From Octopus vulgaris (taxonomy: Eukaryota): 64,000 bases of DNA. Made by a program: the position numbers and the translations under genes. Below the pieces are notes generated by a model. The model saw nothing but the letters and a program-made list of their open reading frames with translations. It was not told the origin of the DNA and did not search any database. The DNA is taken from the NCBI GenBank assembly GCA_951406725.2, contig OX597814.1, positions 90,210,001-90,274,000 of the forward strand, read 5' to 3'. Positions 38,356-52,265 of the stretch are shown here, one piece after another; position 1 is the first letter of the stretch, and each line of letters opens with the position of its first letter.

Positions 38356-39500
38356 TGTGTGGAGATGTTTGTTATCATGTGTGCATTTTTTGCATGTATT
38401 TGTAAGTGGCAATCACATTCCCTACACCCTCTCTCTCTCTCACACACACATTATATTTCATATAAACGTATATAAATACATATGAATACATCTTTTTTGT
38501 ATGTATGTGTGTTTGTGCATGTGAGAAAAAAGTGAGTGACTGTATTTTCCTATAACATATAAAGAAATGGTTGTCTTTTCAAGTACACACTCATATAGAA
38601 AATTTGACGTCGTCGTCGTCGTGGTATAAAATGTTGTTTAGGATAGTTGAATTATAGAAAGATTAGAATATGAAATTTTTGTAAAGCAAATATGAAATGC
38701 AATATAAAGTTCATTTGTTAGCCGAAAGATTACTAAATCTTTTGGTACCTCATAGTCAAATTTGGAAACTCAGTTCTCGAATGTATTCGTTAATTTTCGT
38801 ATTTTTTTTATTTCTTTATGATTTGAAGAGAGTAGAATTGAAAAGGTAGACAAAGTGACACCGTGACATTTGTTGGAATTGCGAGCTGAGAATGAAAGAG
38901 AGGAGAAAGTGAAAGATGTATGTATGTGTATAGGAAATGGACGTGGACGTGTCTGTGTGCGTAGTATGTGTGTGTGCGTAGTGTGTGTGTGTGCGTTGTG
39001 TGTGTGTGTGCGTAGTGTGTGTGTGTGCGTAGTGTGTGTGTGGGCGTGTGAGAGAGAGAGAAAGAGAGAGCGAATGAGTGAAGATGTGTGTTGTCATGTA
39101 TGTGTCAGTAGCACTCACTCGTTCTCTCTCTGTCTTATGCACACATCTTTCATATACACACATACATAAATACATATGCATACATCTTTTTTGTATATAT
39201 TTGTGCGAGTGCCTGTGCATGTGAGAGAGAGGGAGAGAGTGAGTGTGACTGTATTTCCTCTGAACAATATAGAGAAATGGATGTCTTTTAAGGCGCACAC
39301 CCTTATAGAAAGTGTATCGTCGTCGTTGTTGCCGACGTTGTATAAAATGCTTACGATAGTTGACTTATAGGAAAGATTATAATGTAAAATTTTTGTAATG
39401 CAAATATGTAAATGAATATAAGGTTTACTTGGTACACGTAAGATTGTTGAATCTTTTGATACCCCATACGTCAAAATCGGTAACTCAGTTTTTGAATGCA
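38176..39500. repeat. Old tandem duplication, two diverged ~650-bp copies (38176-38785 and 38822-39500)
   Basis: Colinear blocks TTGAAGAGAG, GAAAGATGTATGTA, AAATGGACGTG, ATACATCTTTTT, GACTGTATTT, CGTCGTCG, GATAGTTGA and AACTCAGTT occur in both copies. Confidence 0.85.
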
Positions 39501-41442
39501 CAAGGAAGATACTCTCGCCCGCGCGCACACACACACACACAGACACAGTCTCTGCCCTATATATGGAAGTGTCTTTGTCTGTCGTTTTCTCTGTCTGTCT
39601 CTCACATTCTCTGTGTCTATCTCTTCTTGTCTTCTCCCTTCCCCAAATATCAGCCACCTTCATTATGCCACATTTCCCTGAACCTGACACTTTTGCAGCC
39701 CTTTAATTTTATTATGTAATAGCCCAACTTCTCTAGCCGCTCCATTATCAACTTTTCTTGAAAGCCTATGATTGAACTGGATGTTAGTTCAACATGTAAA
39801 GAAAATTTAGTGAAGATTGGTTCCATGGTTTAGGTACCAAGATGGTAACAGCCAGACAGAGAGACAGAAATTGCCATTTATATATAAGATGCCATCAGAG
39901 AAAAACATTTGGAAGTAGACTGCTATGGAGAATGACGATTCAGAGTATGACCAACTTGAGAATAAAAAGATGCAAAGAAACGAAAAGAAATAGCCATTTC
40001 TAGCATAAGCACAATATAAAACATTTGGGTTAAACTGTTTGTTGATCATACTTACTCGAGAACTTGACTGAGTTTTGTTTTCTATCGATTCTCAAAAGAT
40101 GAAGTCAAATTTGACCCCAGAAAGATTGGAACTCAGCATATGGAGTACCGAACTATTGATTACAGTTCATGTTGTCCGATACTCATAACAATTTGAAGCG
40201 CTGACGAGAGACATTATAGGTGGCTTATTTAACAGTAACAAAAGAGAAAACAGGGAATAAATGAAATGGGAAACAAGAGAGGACAGCTATATTGCCAGAG
40301 AATAGAATATGAGAAGAGTTAGGTATTTAGAAATTAGAAAACGAATAAGCCGACATTTGAGATCTATTATGAGAAAGAAATAAGGAAAGCAATGAAATAA
40401 CTAGCAAATAAAAATAATGTATCATATGGAAAAAAGAGAGACTGAATGAAAGTAAACATAGCGTGTGAGTAAAACTGAATGAAACAGAGATTGGACTTTT
40501 GGGATAGAAAGAAACAATAAACCTTATGGGGTACAAAGTAAAAATCTGATGATGAGTGAAACAAGAGAATATGCGATTAAAGGTGGGACTATTATGATAA
40601 ATAAAGTATCATTGGGTGTTTAGTGACAAGATATGTGGTAGAGAGAGAGAGAGAGAGAAAATAAGAAAGAATGAGGGGGAATGTGGAAGAAAGAAAGGGA
40701 GAGAAGGAGAGAGAACAAAAGATAATATATTATTTCATTAATCAATTTCCATTGTGTTTAATGAAGGTAGTAACTAACAATATATTCATTTAAGCAAACC
40801 ACCTGTTTTCAGAATTAGAATCAGTCATTAATTCACATGATTGAATGAATTGGTAGCCGTGCAATAATCTGTAGACAGTACGCATACGTAATACGAAAAT
40901 AGTATCAAAATATTCAATGTTTTAAATCATTATCACAAATATATATTTCTTTATCTTTTATTACTGTATTACCTAAATGTAAAGTAATCGCAAATTAATA
41001 ACTAAATGTCAGAATAGATAATTAATTACAGAATGTAATTAGGTTTGTCCTCATACTATTTTTGTGTGAGATGAAATATAAAGAAACAGGTAGGCAAATA
41101 AGTAAAAGGAATGAAACGATGATGCATCGTGTCTATGTTGTTGTATGAATTTAGCAATTGCAAATAAAATTCTATATTCGCACTCGAGGGCAGACACACA
41201 CGCATACAAACATACATACATGTATATGTGTATACACGTAAATATTGAACAAGGAGAATGAGTACTCAACCGCTTTGGTGAATAAAGATTCGTTTTTTGT
41301 GTATTAAGGCTACCATTGGATTCATGTTAAGAAATATTTGAACAAACCTTCAAGCTGTCTCCATTGGATTAATTCAAAATGGAGTTGGTATGTGATCGGC
41401 TTGAAGAAGGTTGAGATATTTATGATTAAACCAATGGCAGAC

Positions 41443-41488
<46 letters not shown>

Positions 41489-42812
41489 TGGTATATTCTG
41501 TTAAGAACATAGCAGAGTACAGTATAAAGCCCGTCCACCTTCAGATTTACTTTGTGCTATCCAGTAGTAGTATCATATGTACTTCCAGGTTTGTGTTTGG
41601 GCATCTGTAGTGTGTGAATAGATAACTGAAAAAATTGAAGCCAAGAAGAAGGAGTACGGTTGAACATTTATTTTTTAATCACCACATTTGTTTCCACGCA
41701 GCGTAGTTCTCCATCTGTGCAGGTATTTGGTTTATGAGATCTAGTCGTGTTTGCTCACGCGATATGTAAATATTGTCTCTATAAGTTCAAATTCTCAGCA
41801 TCAACAATATCCTCTCTCTCTCTGTCGTGGCCTCAATTTAGTAGTATTCACTGAGTTTATTAGGGTGTGTTTGCAACCTGCTTTCAATGTGCAGATATAG
41901 AAGGACAGTGATTCCGTTAAAGTGTTAGAGTGGTTGCTGTTTTAAAGGGATTGGCATTTGATTTCTTTGTACTGCTGATTTGATCTTCATGGTTGGTTGC
42001 ACATGCAATTGTCCTTATCTGACCTTTAAGATCCAGCCTACACATACACATACATGTTCGGTCACATCCACATACACACACATATACGGATATGTACGTG
42101 CACTGAAATATATATACAAATATAGGTACAAACATACACATGTGCACACGTATACATGCACATATGCGAATTCATGTATACACACATACGCACACACATA
42201 CACATATATGTAGATAGATAGATACATTCATCCATACTAAACACGCGGCCAGGCACGCATACGTATACATAAAAACACAGCCCGACACATACACACATGG
42301 ATAAGGGGAAGAGAAGAAGAAGAAGAGAGTTCAATGAATTATTGTTATTATTTCACTGTGCTGAATCTGGAAAATGCAAATCTGGCACTGTAGCAACATT
42401 TTGGTATTTTCTCAGCATGCTTGTTTACCAAGTTTTCGTTACTGAACAGAATGCATAAAGCTTCTTAAAGCCACAGGTCGCATACTCTGGATAATGTATT
42501 ATATGGGTGTGCATTTTTCTTATTATTGACCATTCTCTTTCATATTTTATTTTTACTTCTTTCAATCTCCGTATTAGGTCCGCAAGAGATATTGCGTGTC
42601 GTCAGCTTATCTTGCGGAACGAGGAGATATGGTTGCGATAACGGACCTTAATTGGCTTTTTGAAATCTCCTATGTATGCATTCGTTCTAGTCTAACGACC
42701 CTCCATGTTTGTCTTCTTTTAATATATATCAATTTAAACTTGCATGGAAATGGATGCGTGGTGTTCAATCATATAATAATATACATAAAAAATATATATG
42801 CATATATACATG

Positions 42813-42913
<101 letters not shown>

Positions 42914-42922
42914 CTATGTATA

Positions 42923-42967
<45 letters not shown>

Positions 42968-43011
42968 CTCTATATATATATACACACATATATATATATA
43001 TATATATATAT

Positions 43012-43425
43012 GGGTACAGGGCGTCACAACATGTGAAGAACATGAAATACGAAGACAAACATGGGTATACGAACAACGAGAGAAACAAATGGAAAGCAAG
43101 ACAAGCAGCATAAAGAACGACTCTTCATCAGTTTTCGGCTGTCGTCCAGCTAATCCTCATTTCGAGCAATTAACGACAATATGAGGCTTCGAAAGACTGT
43201 TGGACCCGCGAACCAAAATACAATTTGAGATTTGCGGAGGGTCAAAGGTGGAAACAAAAACAGGATAGTGGAGACATACAACAAAACAAACGAAAACAAA
43301 CGTGGAGGGCCGTTAGGTCAGACAAGGTACGGTAGTGAACGGTGCAAGAATATTGTCTTTGACAAGAGAAGAGATGGAAGAGAAGTCAGATAAGAATGCG
43401 TCTGCTCTGTAAGACAGACTGAAAG
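43012..43425 (-). mobile_element. PLE-type terminal fragment between (TA)n tracts
   Basis: Flanked by (TA)n and purine-skewed like 11540-12260 in reverse. Contains a minus-strand CTGATGAAG. Confidence 0.45.
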
Positions 43426-43427
43426 TA

Positions 43428-43493
<66 letters not shown>

Positions 43494-43498
<5 letters not shown>

Positions 43499-43972
43499 TA
43501 GTGAGCACATAGAGAAATGCGCAAAGCAACTACTGCCACAATTTTTAATCTTCCCATTTTACCAATGTGCTTTCGGATCATCAACACAAATGAGACTGAA
43601 CAAGGAAACATTCTTCATTGAAAAGTACAAACCCAGACTCAACCATCCGAACATACTGACACAGAGAAATTCCCAAGGGAAAGGAAAAAATTTTAGACGA
43701 TTATCTCCCTTACACCGGAAGAAATCACTCACTACCTCCCCTTATTTAGAAATCTCCTGAAAATAAACACAACGATAACTCCATGCAATATAAACATAAC
43801 GTCACAAGAAATTTGAAAAGCTACACGCGAAACCGGTATTTCTTTTAATTTATGTCATTATAAGAGGGAAAAAAATTTTTTTTTAATTTTCTAATATTCT
43901 TCAGACATATTGACGCAAATATATATATTTTTTAACATTCAAGCCTTCTGTCGTTTTTTTCACTCTACTATT

Positions 43973-43976
<4 letters not shown>
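43494..43976 (+). mobile_element. 5'-truncated Penelope-like element: GIY-YIG C-terminus plus 3' region with a hammerhead relic
   Basis: SEHIEKCA...IFPFYQC...RLNKETFFIEKYKPRLN. At 43806-43844: AAGAAAT-TTGAAAA-GCTACACGC-GAAA-CCGG-TA-TTTCTT. Flanked by (TA)n. Confidence 0.75.
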
Positions 43977-44025
<49 letters not shown>

Positions 44026-44204
44026 AGATTCAGTTTAATCAGGTACTTAGTTGAAGCACCAAGTCAGTGCGGTATTATCCGTACATCTCAGTGTAAGTTG
44101 AATAAAATCAAAATAAGCAATAGCATATCAAAATGTGATCACTACGAGCGTTTCAAGCCGTTTTCAAGACGCTTATAAAACATAGGTTTTATTAGCGTCT
44201 TGTT

Positions 44205-44385
44205 CTTTTAACTGGACAAAATGCTTAGCAGTATTTCGCCCGACGCTATGTTGTGAGTTCAAAATCCGCTGAAGTCGACTTTGCTTTTCATCTTTTCGGA
44301 GTCAATAAATTAAGTACCAATCATGTGATCGATTTTCCCCCTCCCTACAAAAATCCAGGTCTTGTGACTATAGTAGACAAGATTA
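44205..44385 (+). mobile_element. Nin/Deu-domain-type octopus SINE fragment
   Basis: GAGTTCAAAATCCGCTGAAGTCGACTTTGCTTTTCATCTTTTCGGAGTCAATAAA, with a (TTA)n tail. Confidence 0.75.
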
Positions 44386-44412
44386 TGTTATTATTATTAC
44401 TGTTATTCTTAT

Positions 44413-44909
44413 TGTGTGAGAGAGCTGTGCATGCCATGAAAGTGATACTGGGGTACAATTATACGAAGCACAATATACCAATTATGACTACCCATCTGAA
44501 AAGGGTACACCAGGCATCACAATCCTATGTGCGCAACATAGCGGTCTAATATCAAGATAAACAGCGCATTGCCTTGCAGGTTGAGAAGCCCATCCCGCTC
44601 AAAAGGTCAGTGAATAAGGTTTGCTTGAGCATGATGAACAAAACACCCATGATTCCAAAGGAGAATTATCCAAACCCCAAAGAATTCCTCTCAACACATG
44701 GCTACGATGCTCCCCCACTACTTCTGCTCATGATCAGCGGTGCACATATCATCAGCCACCAAGGTACATGCTCAACTGGTTAAGATCAAACAAATGACAA
44801 GCAAATCTGTGGTACTGAGCAGAATATTTACTGTAGCCTATCTTTTATACCAAGACAAAACAACGTACATGATAGCACTTCCAATCAGTTAAGATCAGAA
44901 ACTGCCTGA
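44413..44909. mobile_element. Unclassified ~500-bp insert between (TTA)n and (TTG)n/(TTA)n tracts
   Basis: GC-richer segment bounded by triplet microsatellites. The placement suggests a microsatellite-targeting R4/Dong-type retroelement, but no protein motif was seen. Confidence 0.3.
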
Positions 44910-44971
44910 TTTTGCTATTGTTGTTGTTGTTGTTGTTTTTTTTGTTGCTGCTTTTGCTGTTGTTGTTGTTG

Positions 44972-45640
<669 letters not shown>

Positions 45641-46275
45641 ATGTTGTTTCTAAATGGGGGTGAAAATAGTGAAAGGGACGGAAGTGTATGAGAAAATGTT
45701 TTCGCCTTTTATATATTCCTGTCTTCAATGAAATAACTAGAATTGAAGTTCTTGAATTGATTTATTCAACAGTGACACCTCACATAATTTCTGGCATTGT
45801 ACCAGTATAATAAATTCATGTTTAATTAAATTTATTTACTAAAGTGCAACTCAGTCTCTCCTTTACTCCCACGAATAATAGTATACATTCAATTTCGTTT
45901 GATTCTGAATTAATCTAAGAGCTTTTAACAATTGCGAAAGACTATGCATCATGATATGCTGTTAATCAGTATACATGTTCTTTGCATAAATATACGTGTT
46001 AGTTAAATATATGTGTTACCTGCTAAAAACAGCACTCTAATCACCATTAAGTCATACGCACAACGGTTTCGGAAGGATGTCTTGGACATTGTAACCCTAA
46101 GTACACTACATCTGAAATGTGTGACACTGCTATGCATATCAACTAAATCAGGGCTAAAACACAAGTGAAGCAACTACAACGAGAACAAGGAATCTCTCAA
46201 AACAAGGAAACATTATACATTCTGCTGCTCAGTAATAAATAATATTGTGAAACGGATTTGACTAATATCGAAATA

Positions 46276-46334
46276 CACCAGTTTCGATCACGATAGGCAA
46301 CGTACCTCTATATGAAATCTTCAACGGACAGTCA
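46276..46334 (-). ncRNA. Decayed hammerhead-like motif next to (TA)n
   Basis: Minus strand: CTGT-CCGTTGA-AGAT...GATC-GAAA-CTGG-TG. The core and triplet are mutated and the 3' strand of stem I is missing. Confidence 0.3.
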
Positions 46335-46345
46335 GGTACACGAAG

Positions 46346-46424
<79 letters not shown>

Positions 46425-47447
46425 TAAAAGCTACATAACGTAGTAAAGATGACTGTACGGATACATGCTTTAAAAGTATCTTAATGGTTAAAATGTATAT
46501 AGATTTACGGTGAAACATTTTAGACTCTATCTGATGTATTATCCAATAGAAATAATAATTTTGACGAGGAAATACGTTTTAAACGTATAAATATACTTTA
46601 AGCAATGATTTATTTCAGAAGGAATTTTTATGGAAGTAAAACGGTAGAATATTTCATAGAATTCTTTCTTAGCATAGCACTGAATCATGAACGAAAAAAA
46701 GAAAAGAAAAAAAAAAAGTGTAATGACTAAATGTCAAATAATTTAACCGCTGAATCAATAGAATTTCTTTCTGTCAGTTATTGCAAAACAAAATAGAAAT
46801 AATTCTCTTGTATCTTTATATAATATAGCCTAGCGTATTAAATTATGACTGCTGAATAATGCACGCGCTGCAGTAAATAATTTATGGTTTATTCACTGTT
46901 ACTGCATATCATGACATTCATTGTGATCCAGACAATGGTGTTTTTACTTTCGTCGGTATAATGATATGTTGCTAACAGACTAGACATAGGAATTCCTCTT
47001 ATATCATCGCAAGAATGCTAAACCTAGTAATATACACATAATTTAATAATTGAATTCTAAATTTGTTGACGTATGATCAATCTTAAGTGCAAAGTCTTAC
47101 ATATTCTTGAACGCTTTCTGGGAAAAAAAGCACGACTAGGTTGTACATTGTTATGAATCGCAGGCTCCTGGGATAAAAGCGAAGGAATTTGGTCTCAACA
47201 AGAAATAATTTTGATTTTCAAGATTAAAACAGTACCATAATAGTAAACCAATCGCTGGATCCACCCGCACATGCACGCACGTGCTTGCATATTTATGTAT
47301 CTATATGTTTATCTGTTCGAGTAAACATTCTTCTTTTGAAGGGTGAGATTAAGTAGAGCTAGAGAGAAACATAGAAAGAAAATTGGGGAAGCAGAAACGC
47401 ACATGTATACAACTGATCTGGAAAGTCCGTGTGTGTCTATATATATA

Positions 47448-47685
47448 TAGGTAATCCAAACATGAACAAAGAGAAAACACAACGGCGTGAGGACGTGGAA
47501 CAAGTATAGTGTTACTGGCCGTTCAGGAGAGGAAAGAAAGAAGGAGGATTTAACGTTTCGAGCGGAGCTCTTCGTCGGAAAAATAGAAAAAGGAAAGGTC
47601 CAAGGAAGGGAAGACGGAGAAAGAAAGTCGCCAGCGATATACACGCTGTCACATATTGAAATGACCGGAACGGAATGGGTATACC
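47448..47685 (-). mobile_element. PLE-type terminal element with a minimal hammerhead at 47549-47581
   Basis: Minus strand: TTT-CCGACGA-A-GAGC-TCC-GCTC-GAAA-CG-TT-AAA. Starts at a TA run. Sibling at 7270-7422. Confidence 0.7.
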
Positions 47686-47749
47686 TATACACAAACATTT
47701 CGTGTATATATATATATATGCATATACACACAAATTAAATTCAACAAAT

Positions 47750-48110
47750 AGAACCAAAATGCCCGTATGATTTTGGTCAAGTGTTGAATATCCTCAAAAA
47801 AAGTTTTTCTTCGCTGTCCATAAAAATTGTTTTGCGCATTCGATATTTCTCACAGAGCTTAATTATACTGGGATAATAAATCATGACTAACAGTATATTA
47901 ATCACATGAAGATATCTGTCTTCGTTGTTATTAATGTCAAGCTGACTCTTAATACAACCCGTAATAAAAACAATGATCTCAATAGTAACATCTACAAGCA
48001 TAACTGTCGCAGAGCATTATTTCTGGTGTTCTTCTTCACGAGTAAGTGAAGGCTTCTCATCATTGTAACGACATGAATTACTCAGTGATCACATGATTTC
48101 TTTTTTACCA
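47750..48110 (-). pseudogene. Decayed coding-like fragment, possibly a Sola-type transposase
   Basis: ORF 47777-48001 RYL...SIIKLCEKY...SEEKLFLRIFNT*PK resembles the YL..LS(I/V).K.Y..Y...Y..IFN...PK pattern recalled for Sola1-like proteins. Weak. Confidence 0.3.
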
Positions 48111-48397
48111 TTGCAAGAAATAAGTGCGCGGGCGTTATATTTTACGGACCTAGACTGTTCTGAATATCATGCAAATCGTTAAGTTAACTTTAGAAATTAC
48201 AAATTGAACTTAGAGACAAGGGAGGGTTTTCTTGTTTAAAAACAATATAAGCTGGAGAAATTTCATTAAATTGTTAAAATTTGAATTCTCGCCGGTATTC
48301 AGTACTATATATATCATAAAGACGAGCTAGTTTCGTTGTCAAAAAAATTTAGAGTCACATTTAGAGTTATTGATCCCCCCCCCAAAAAAAAATAAAA

Positions 48398-48714
48398 GAA
48401 ATACTTAGCGGTGTTTCTTCTGTCTTATGCTCTGATCCCAAATCTCGTCGAGATCGACTTTGCAGACTTTTCGGATTGAAAAAATACCAGATGAGCATTT
48501 GAGTCGAGGCAATCAACTCGACCCTGTTTCCCCTCAAAAATATCAGGCGTTACGCTCTTTACTTCCAGAGTTCAAATCGCGCCCAGGTCAACTTTTCTTT
48601 TTCGAATCGCTAAACTTAAGTAGTTATCAAGTAATGGGGTGATGTGACTTATAATCGACTTGTCCTTATCTCGCTAAGAGTGCTTGTCTTTATCCTTCAA
48701 TTTGAAATCATTAT
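48398..48714 (+). mobile_element. Tandem SINE dimer (Nin-type), uninterrupted paralog of 45073-45640
   Basis: See the shared blocks listed for 45073-45640. B box GAGTTCAAATC. Confidence 0.7.
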
Positions 48715-48877
48715 GATTGTTACATTATCATTTTTACGTTATCTACAGATTCTGTAAAAGCACTACGCATTCCATCTAGTGGTGCACAAACTGTTTAATG
48801 ATTATGGTAACGAGAATTTTAAAATGATAATTAAACTGGAAGAGAACAACAAAGAAAAAATAAAGATGATGTAATAA

Positions 48878-49094
48878 TTATTTCAAATTTTTGCCACAAG
48901 GGCACCTTGGCGGTGAGTGGTGGATGAGTCAATTACATCGTTCCCAATGTTCAACGGGTACTTATTTTATCGAGCTCGAAAGGATAAAGGCAAAGTCAAC
49001 CTCGCCGGAATTTGAACTCAGTACGTAGCAACGGGAGTATTACCACCAAGCATTACGTCCAGCGTGCTAACGATTCTGCCCGCTTGCCGCCTTA
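48878..49094 (-). mobile_element. Full-length Nin/Deu-domain tRNA-SINE; a partial copy follows at 49190-49335
   Basis: Minus strand: TAAGGCGGCAAGCGGGCAGAATCGTTAGC...GAGTTCAAATTCC...GACTTTGCCTTTATCCTTTCGAGCTCGATAAAATAAGTACC. Confidence 0.85.
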
Positions 49095-51507
49095 TGGATG
49101 ATGTATTAATGTCCAAGCTTAGCTACACATTTATTTAGGTGTATCTTATAAAACCCTAAAATCAGTCACATATTTTATATTCTTTTTTAATTTTGACATA
49201 ACTGCAGCAATTTCGAGGGTTGGGGAAGTCTATTTTAGCGATACCAATACCCAACTGTAACTTATTTTATCAACCCCGAAAGGATGGAAGACAAAGAAAA
49301 CTCATCCGAATTTGAACTCAGAACGCAAATACAGATGGATTAGTATCAGTGGTTAAGGAAACGTAGGAATCACGTGTTTCATACACTTATGTAGAAGTAA
49401 GCCTATGGTCCAAAATTGGCATAAATGGATCCTTATGTAAATGAATGTAAACCAAGATAATGCAAGCAAGGAGAAAAGGTAAGCGAATTACTTATCATTT
49501 TCTCACTGGTGATGCGTGCGTGAGCATTAAAACAACGGATGCTAAATTGAAGAAGATGGCAGATACAACGCCATTTTAATAATAATCAGCTTGGCGAATC
49601 AGCTTGGTGACATGATAATAATGATAAAAATGAATGCTCTACACCTATGTGTATATATATAATGCATGAGTGAGTGTGTGTGATTGTGCGTGTGCACGTG
49701 ATGAAAATATACCACTCTTATATATATATATAAACACGCATACGCAACACATATACATGCTTGCATAAAAGAGAGAGAGAGAGAGAGAGGGGGAGAGAGG
49801 GAGAGGGAGAGAGAGAGAGGGAGAAAGAGAAATTTAATATACAGATAATTATCTCATCCCAATATTGGGAGTTTGATATTGCATGGAATATATTTGTGCA
49901 TTTCTCTGTTGTTAATTTCTTCGGCGAATTTATTGACTCATTATGTGTCATTCTCAAGGTCACTTCAAACAATAAGATTGAGTAAAAGAACTGCCACACA
50001 ACTTAGATGTATTTCCATGAAAGCCCAATGCTACATATAAAGTTCAAAATAACTCTGATCTTTAACACGAATGTTGTATTATTATACCACGCATTTGAGT
50101 AATTAGGGATTTTAAAAACATAATCAGTGGAACATATTTCAAGAGATCTAGAAGCCGTTCAAGGATTTTGACGTGAAGACTCCATTTCCAGCGACTTCGA
50201 GGGACACCTTCCAGTGGTCTCGGGCGTCAACGAAGAGCCCTCAACTATAACAAGACAACCAAGGTTTTTCTCCATGGTCTCGGGTCTCCCGCCCCTAAGC
50301 CCTAGACCATCACCTAATTACCCTTACCCGTCTTGTTGCTTAACAACAGCAACAAAGACATCTAGAGATGAGTGTAATTGAATTGAGAATGACTTCAAGG
50401 ACATGTACACGATAAGCATAATATATCATAACAGACATTTATGTGTCTGACTCCTGAAAATATATTTCAGCGTCACTAAAATTTAATTACGAATTCAGCC
50501 AGCGAATGGTTTCATATATTTTTATCAATCAACGTCACCCATTTTAATCAGTATAGCAAGTTTATTGATGACATATATCATCGAAGCCTGATCGGAGAAA
50601 TCGAGAGTATATTAATTACCTCAATGCCAATAGGAGTTTTTTTACAGACCAATATATTTTTGACGAAAATTGCATAAACATTCTAGCATTCAAACAAATC
50701 TATGTACGTATGAGAGGGTGTGATTTAAAACTGAATCCGGTACTGGGGCTCTGGTTCGAAGGTTCCAAGGTGTGGAATGACCCATCAGCCAGTATTGCTC
50801 CCAGGTCTACTTTCACCCGGATTAATATCACATGGCAAGATGTCAGCTATAGTTTAACTAACATATGTGATGACATTCACTGAAATCAAGGACGCAGAGA
50901 TAACTTTGCATGGTCTCAGGAGTGCAGTAAGGGCATTCGGAATGAGGAACCTACAGCTGTTGTGTAAACTAGCTTCTGTGTGAAGGACACTGATGTAAAC
51001 CTCGGATTTCGCGCGATTACTGGTAATCTTGCTTCGGTATATCACTTGGTACTAATCTCGAAGATTCAGAGAGTGGTACGTCTGTTGTACAAACGTATAT
51101 GACTAATACACAAGTACGTATACATATTTCTTTATGGTAACTTCATCTGTCACTCTACTAAAAGTCTTATGGCGTTGGGAGAGTGATGATGTGAGCGGGC
51201 CTTACAAGTTAGAAGGGCATATAACGTCACTCTTGTTTGTTTCCGATGCTTCAAAGCATACATATTTGCAATAGGTCTCATCAGAGAGGTCAGGGGTAGC
51301 ACGTCAGAAATGCACTTAGCAACGGGAAAGCATAAGAGGACCGCATTGATCTTGCGAAGAGGTAGCAATCTTCTTGTACATACATAATACACACACACGC
51401 ACGGACGTACTACGCACGCACACACACACACACACACACACAAATACATACATACATACATACATACATACATACATACATACATACATACATACATACA
51501 TACACGC

Positions 51508-51900
51508 AAATATTGTAAACATAACAAACCTGATATAAGGATAAGGGACAGGAAAGAGAAACTGTACAATAGTAGAAACAGGCTGTCCAGCAGATGCTAA
51601 CATAAAGCTAAAGATCAAGGAAAAAGAGAATAGCTACGCTAAACTAGAAATCGACTGTTATTCTACTCAGATTTTTTTAGCGGTAATTACTGAGGTACTC
51701 CGATATGTAACACACTGCCTAATTACCATTCTTGTGAAATTGGACTTCTCAAAACCAGAAAGGAGAAAGCTGATTCGAAGATTACAGATCCAATCCATCA
51801 CTGGAACGGTAAACATTTGTAAAACACTCCTGAAGTTTATCATTTAAGTATATATGAACATGTATAGATATGCAACTATACACATGAAAGTACGTACGAA
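51508..51900 (+). mobile_element. R4/Dong-like non-LTR retrotransposon 3' fragment (restriction-like endonuclease domain)
   Basis: CKHNKPDI..RDRKEK / IVETGCPADANIKLKIKEKENSYAKL ... RKLIRRLQIQSITGTVNICKTLLKFII-stop (PD...E/D RLE pattern). Frameshifted. Confidence 0.75.
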
Positions 51901-52265
51901 CTTTGGGTCATCTTCAAACCTTCCTACCAATCCTGAATTCAGCTGCTCAATTTTGCAGAGTTGATAAATCTGAAACATCATCCCCTAATGCATCAAGTAT
52001 GTCAGAATGAATGTCCTTGGCGGCTAACCCCTTTTTCTGCAGATATTTGATAACACCACGGCAAAATGTCTATAGTACCACTTTTCCAAGTCCTCAATTC
52101 TGTATCCAATTTGGGTTTATCCGGAAAGGAAAAATGCAGTTAACATCAGTACATGTTGAATTTAATGTATGCTAAGTTAAATTACTGTATGATAGCATCT
52201 ACTTAGTCAGCCTATGAGCTTTTCGGCCCACTCTCGTAAATATACATACATATATATATATATAT

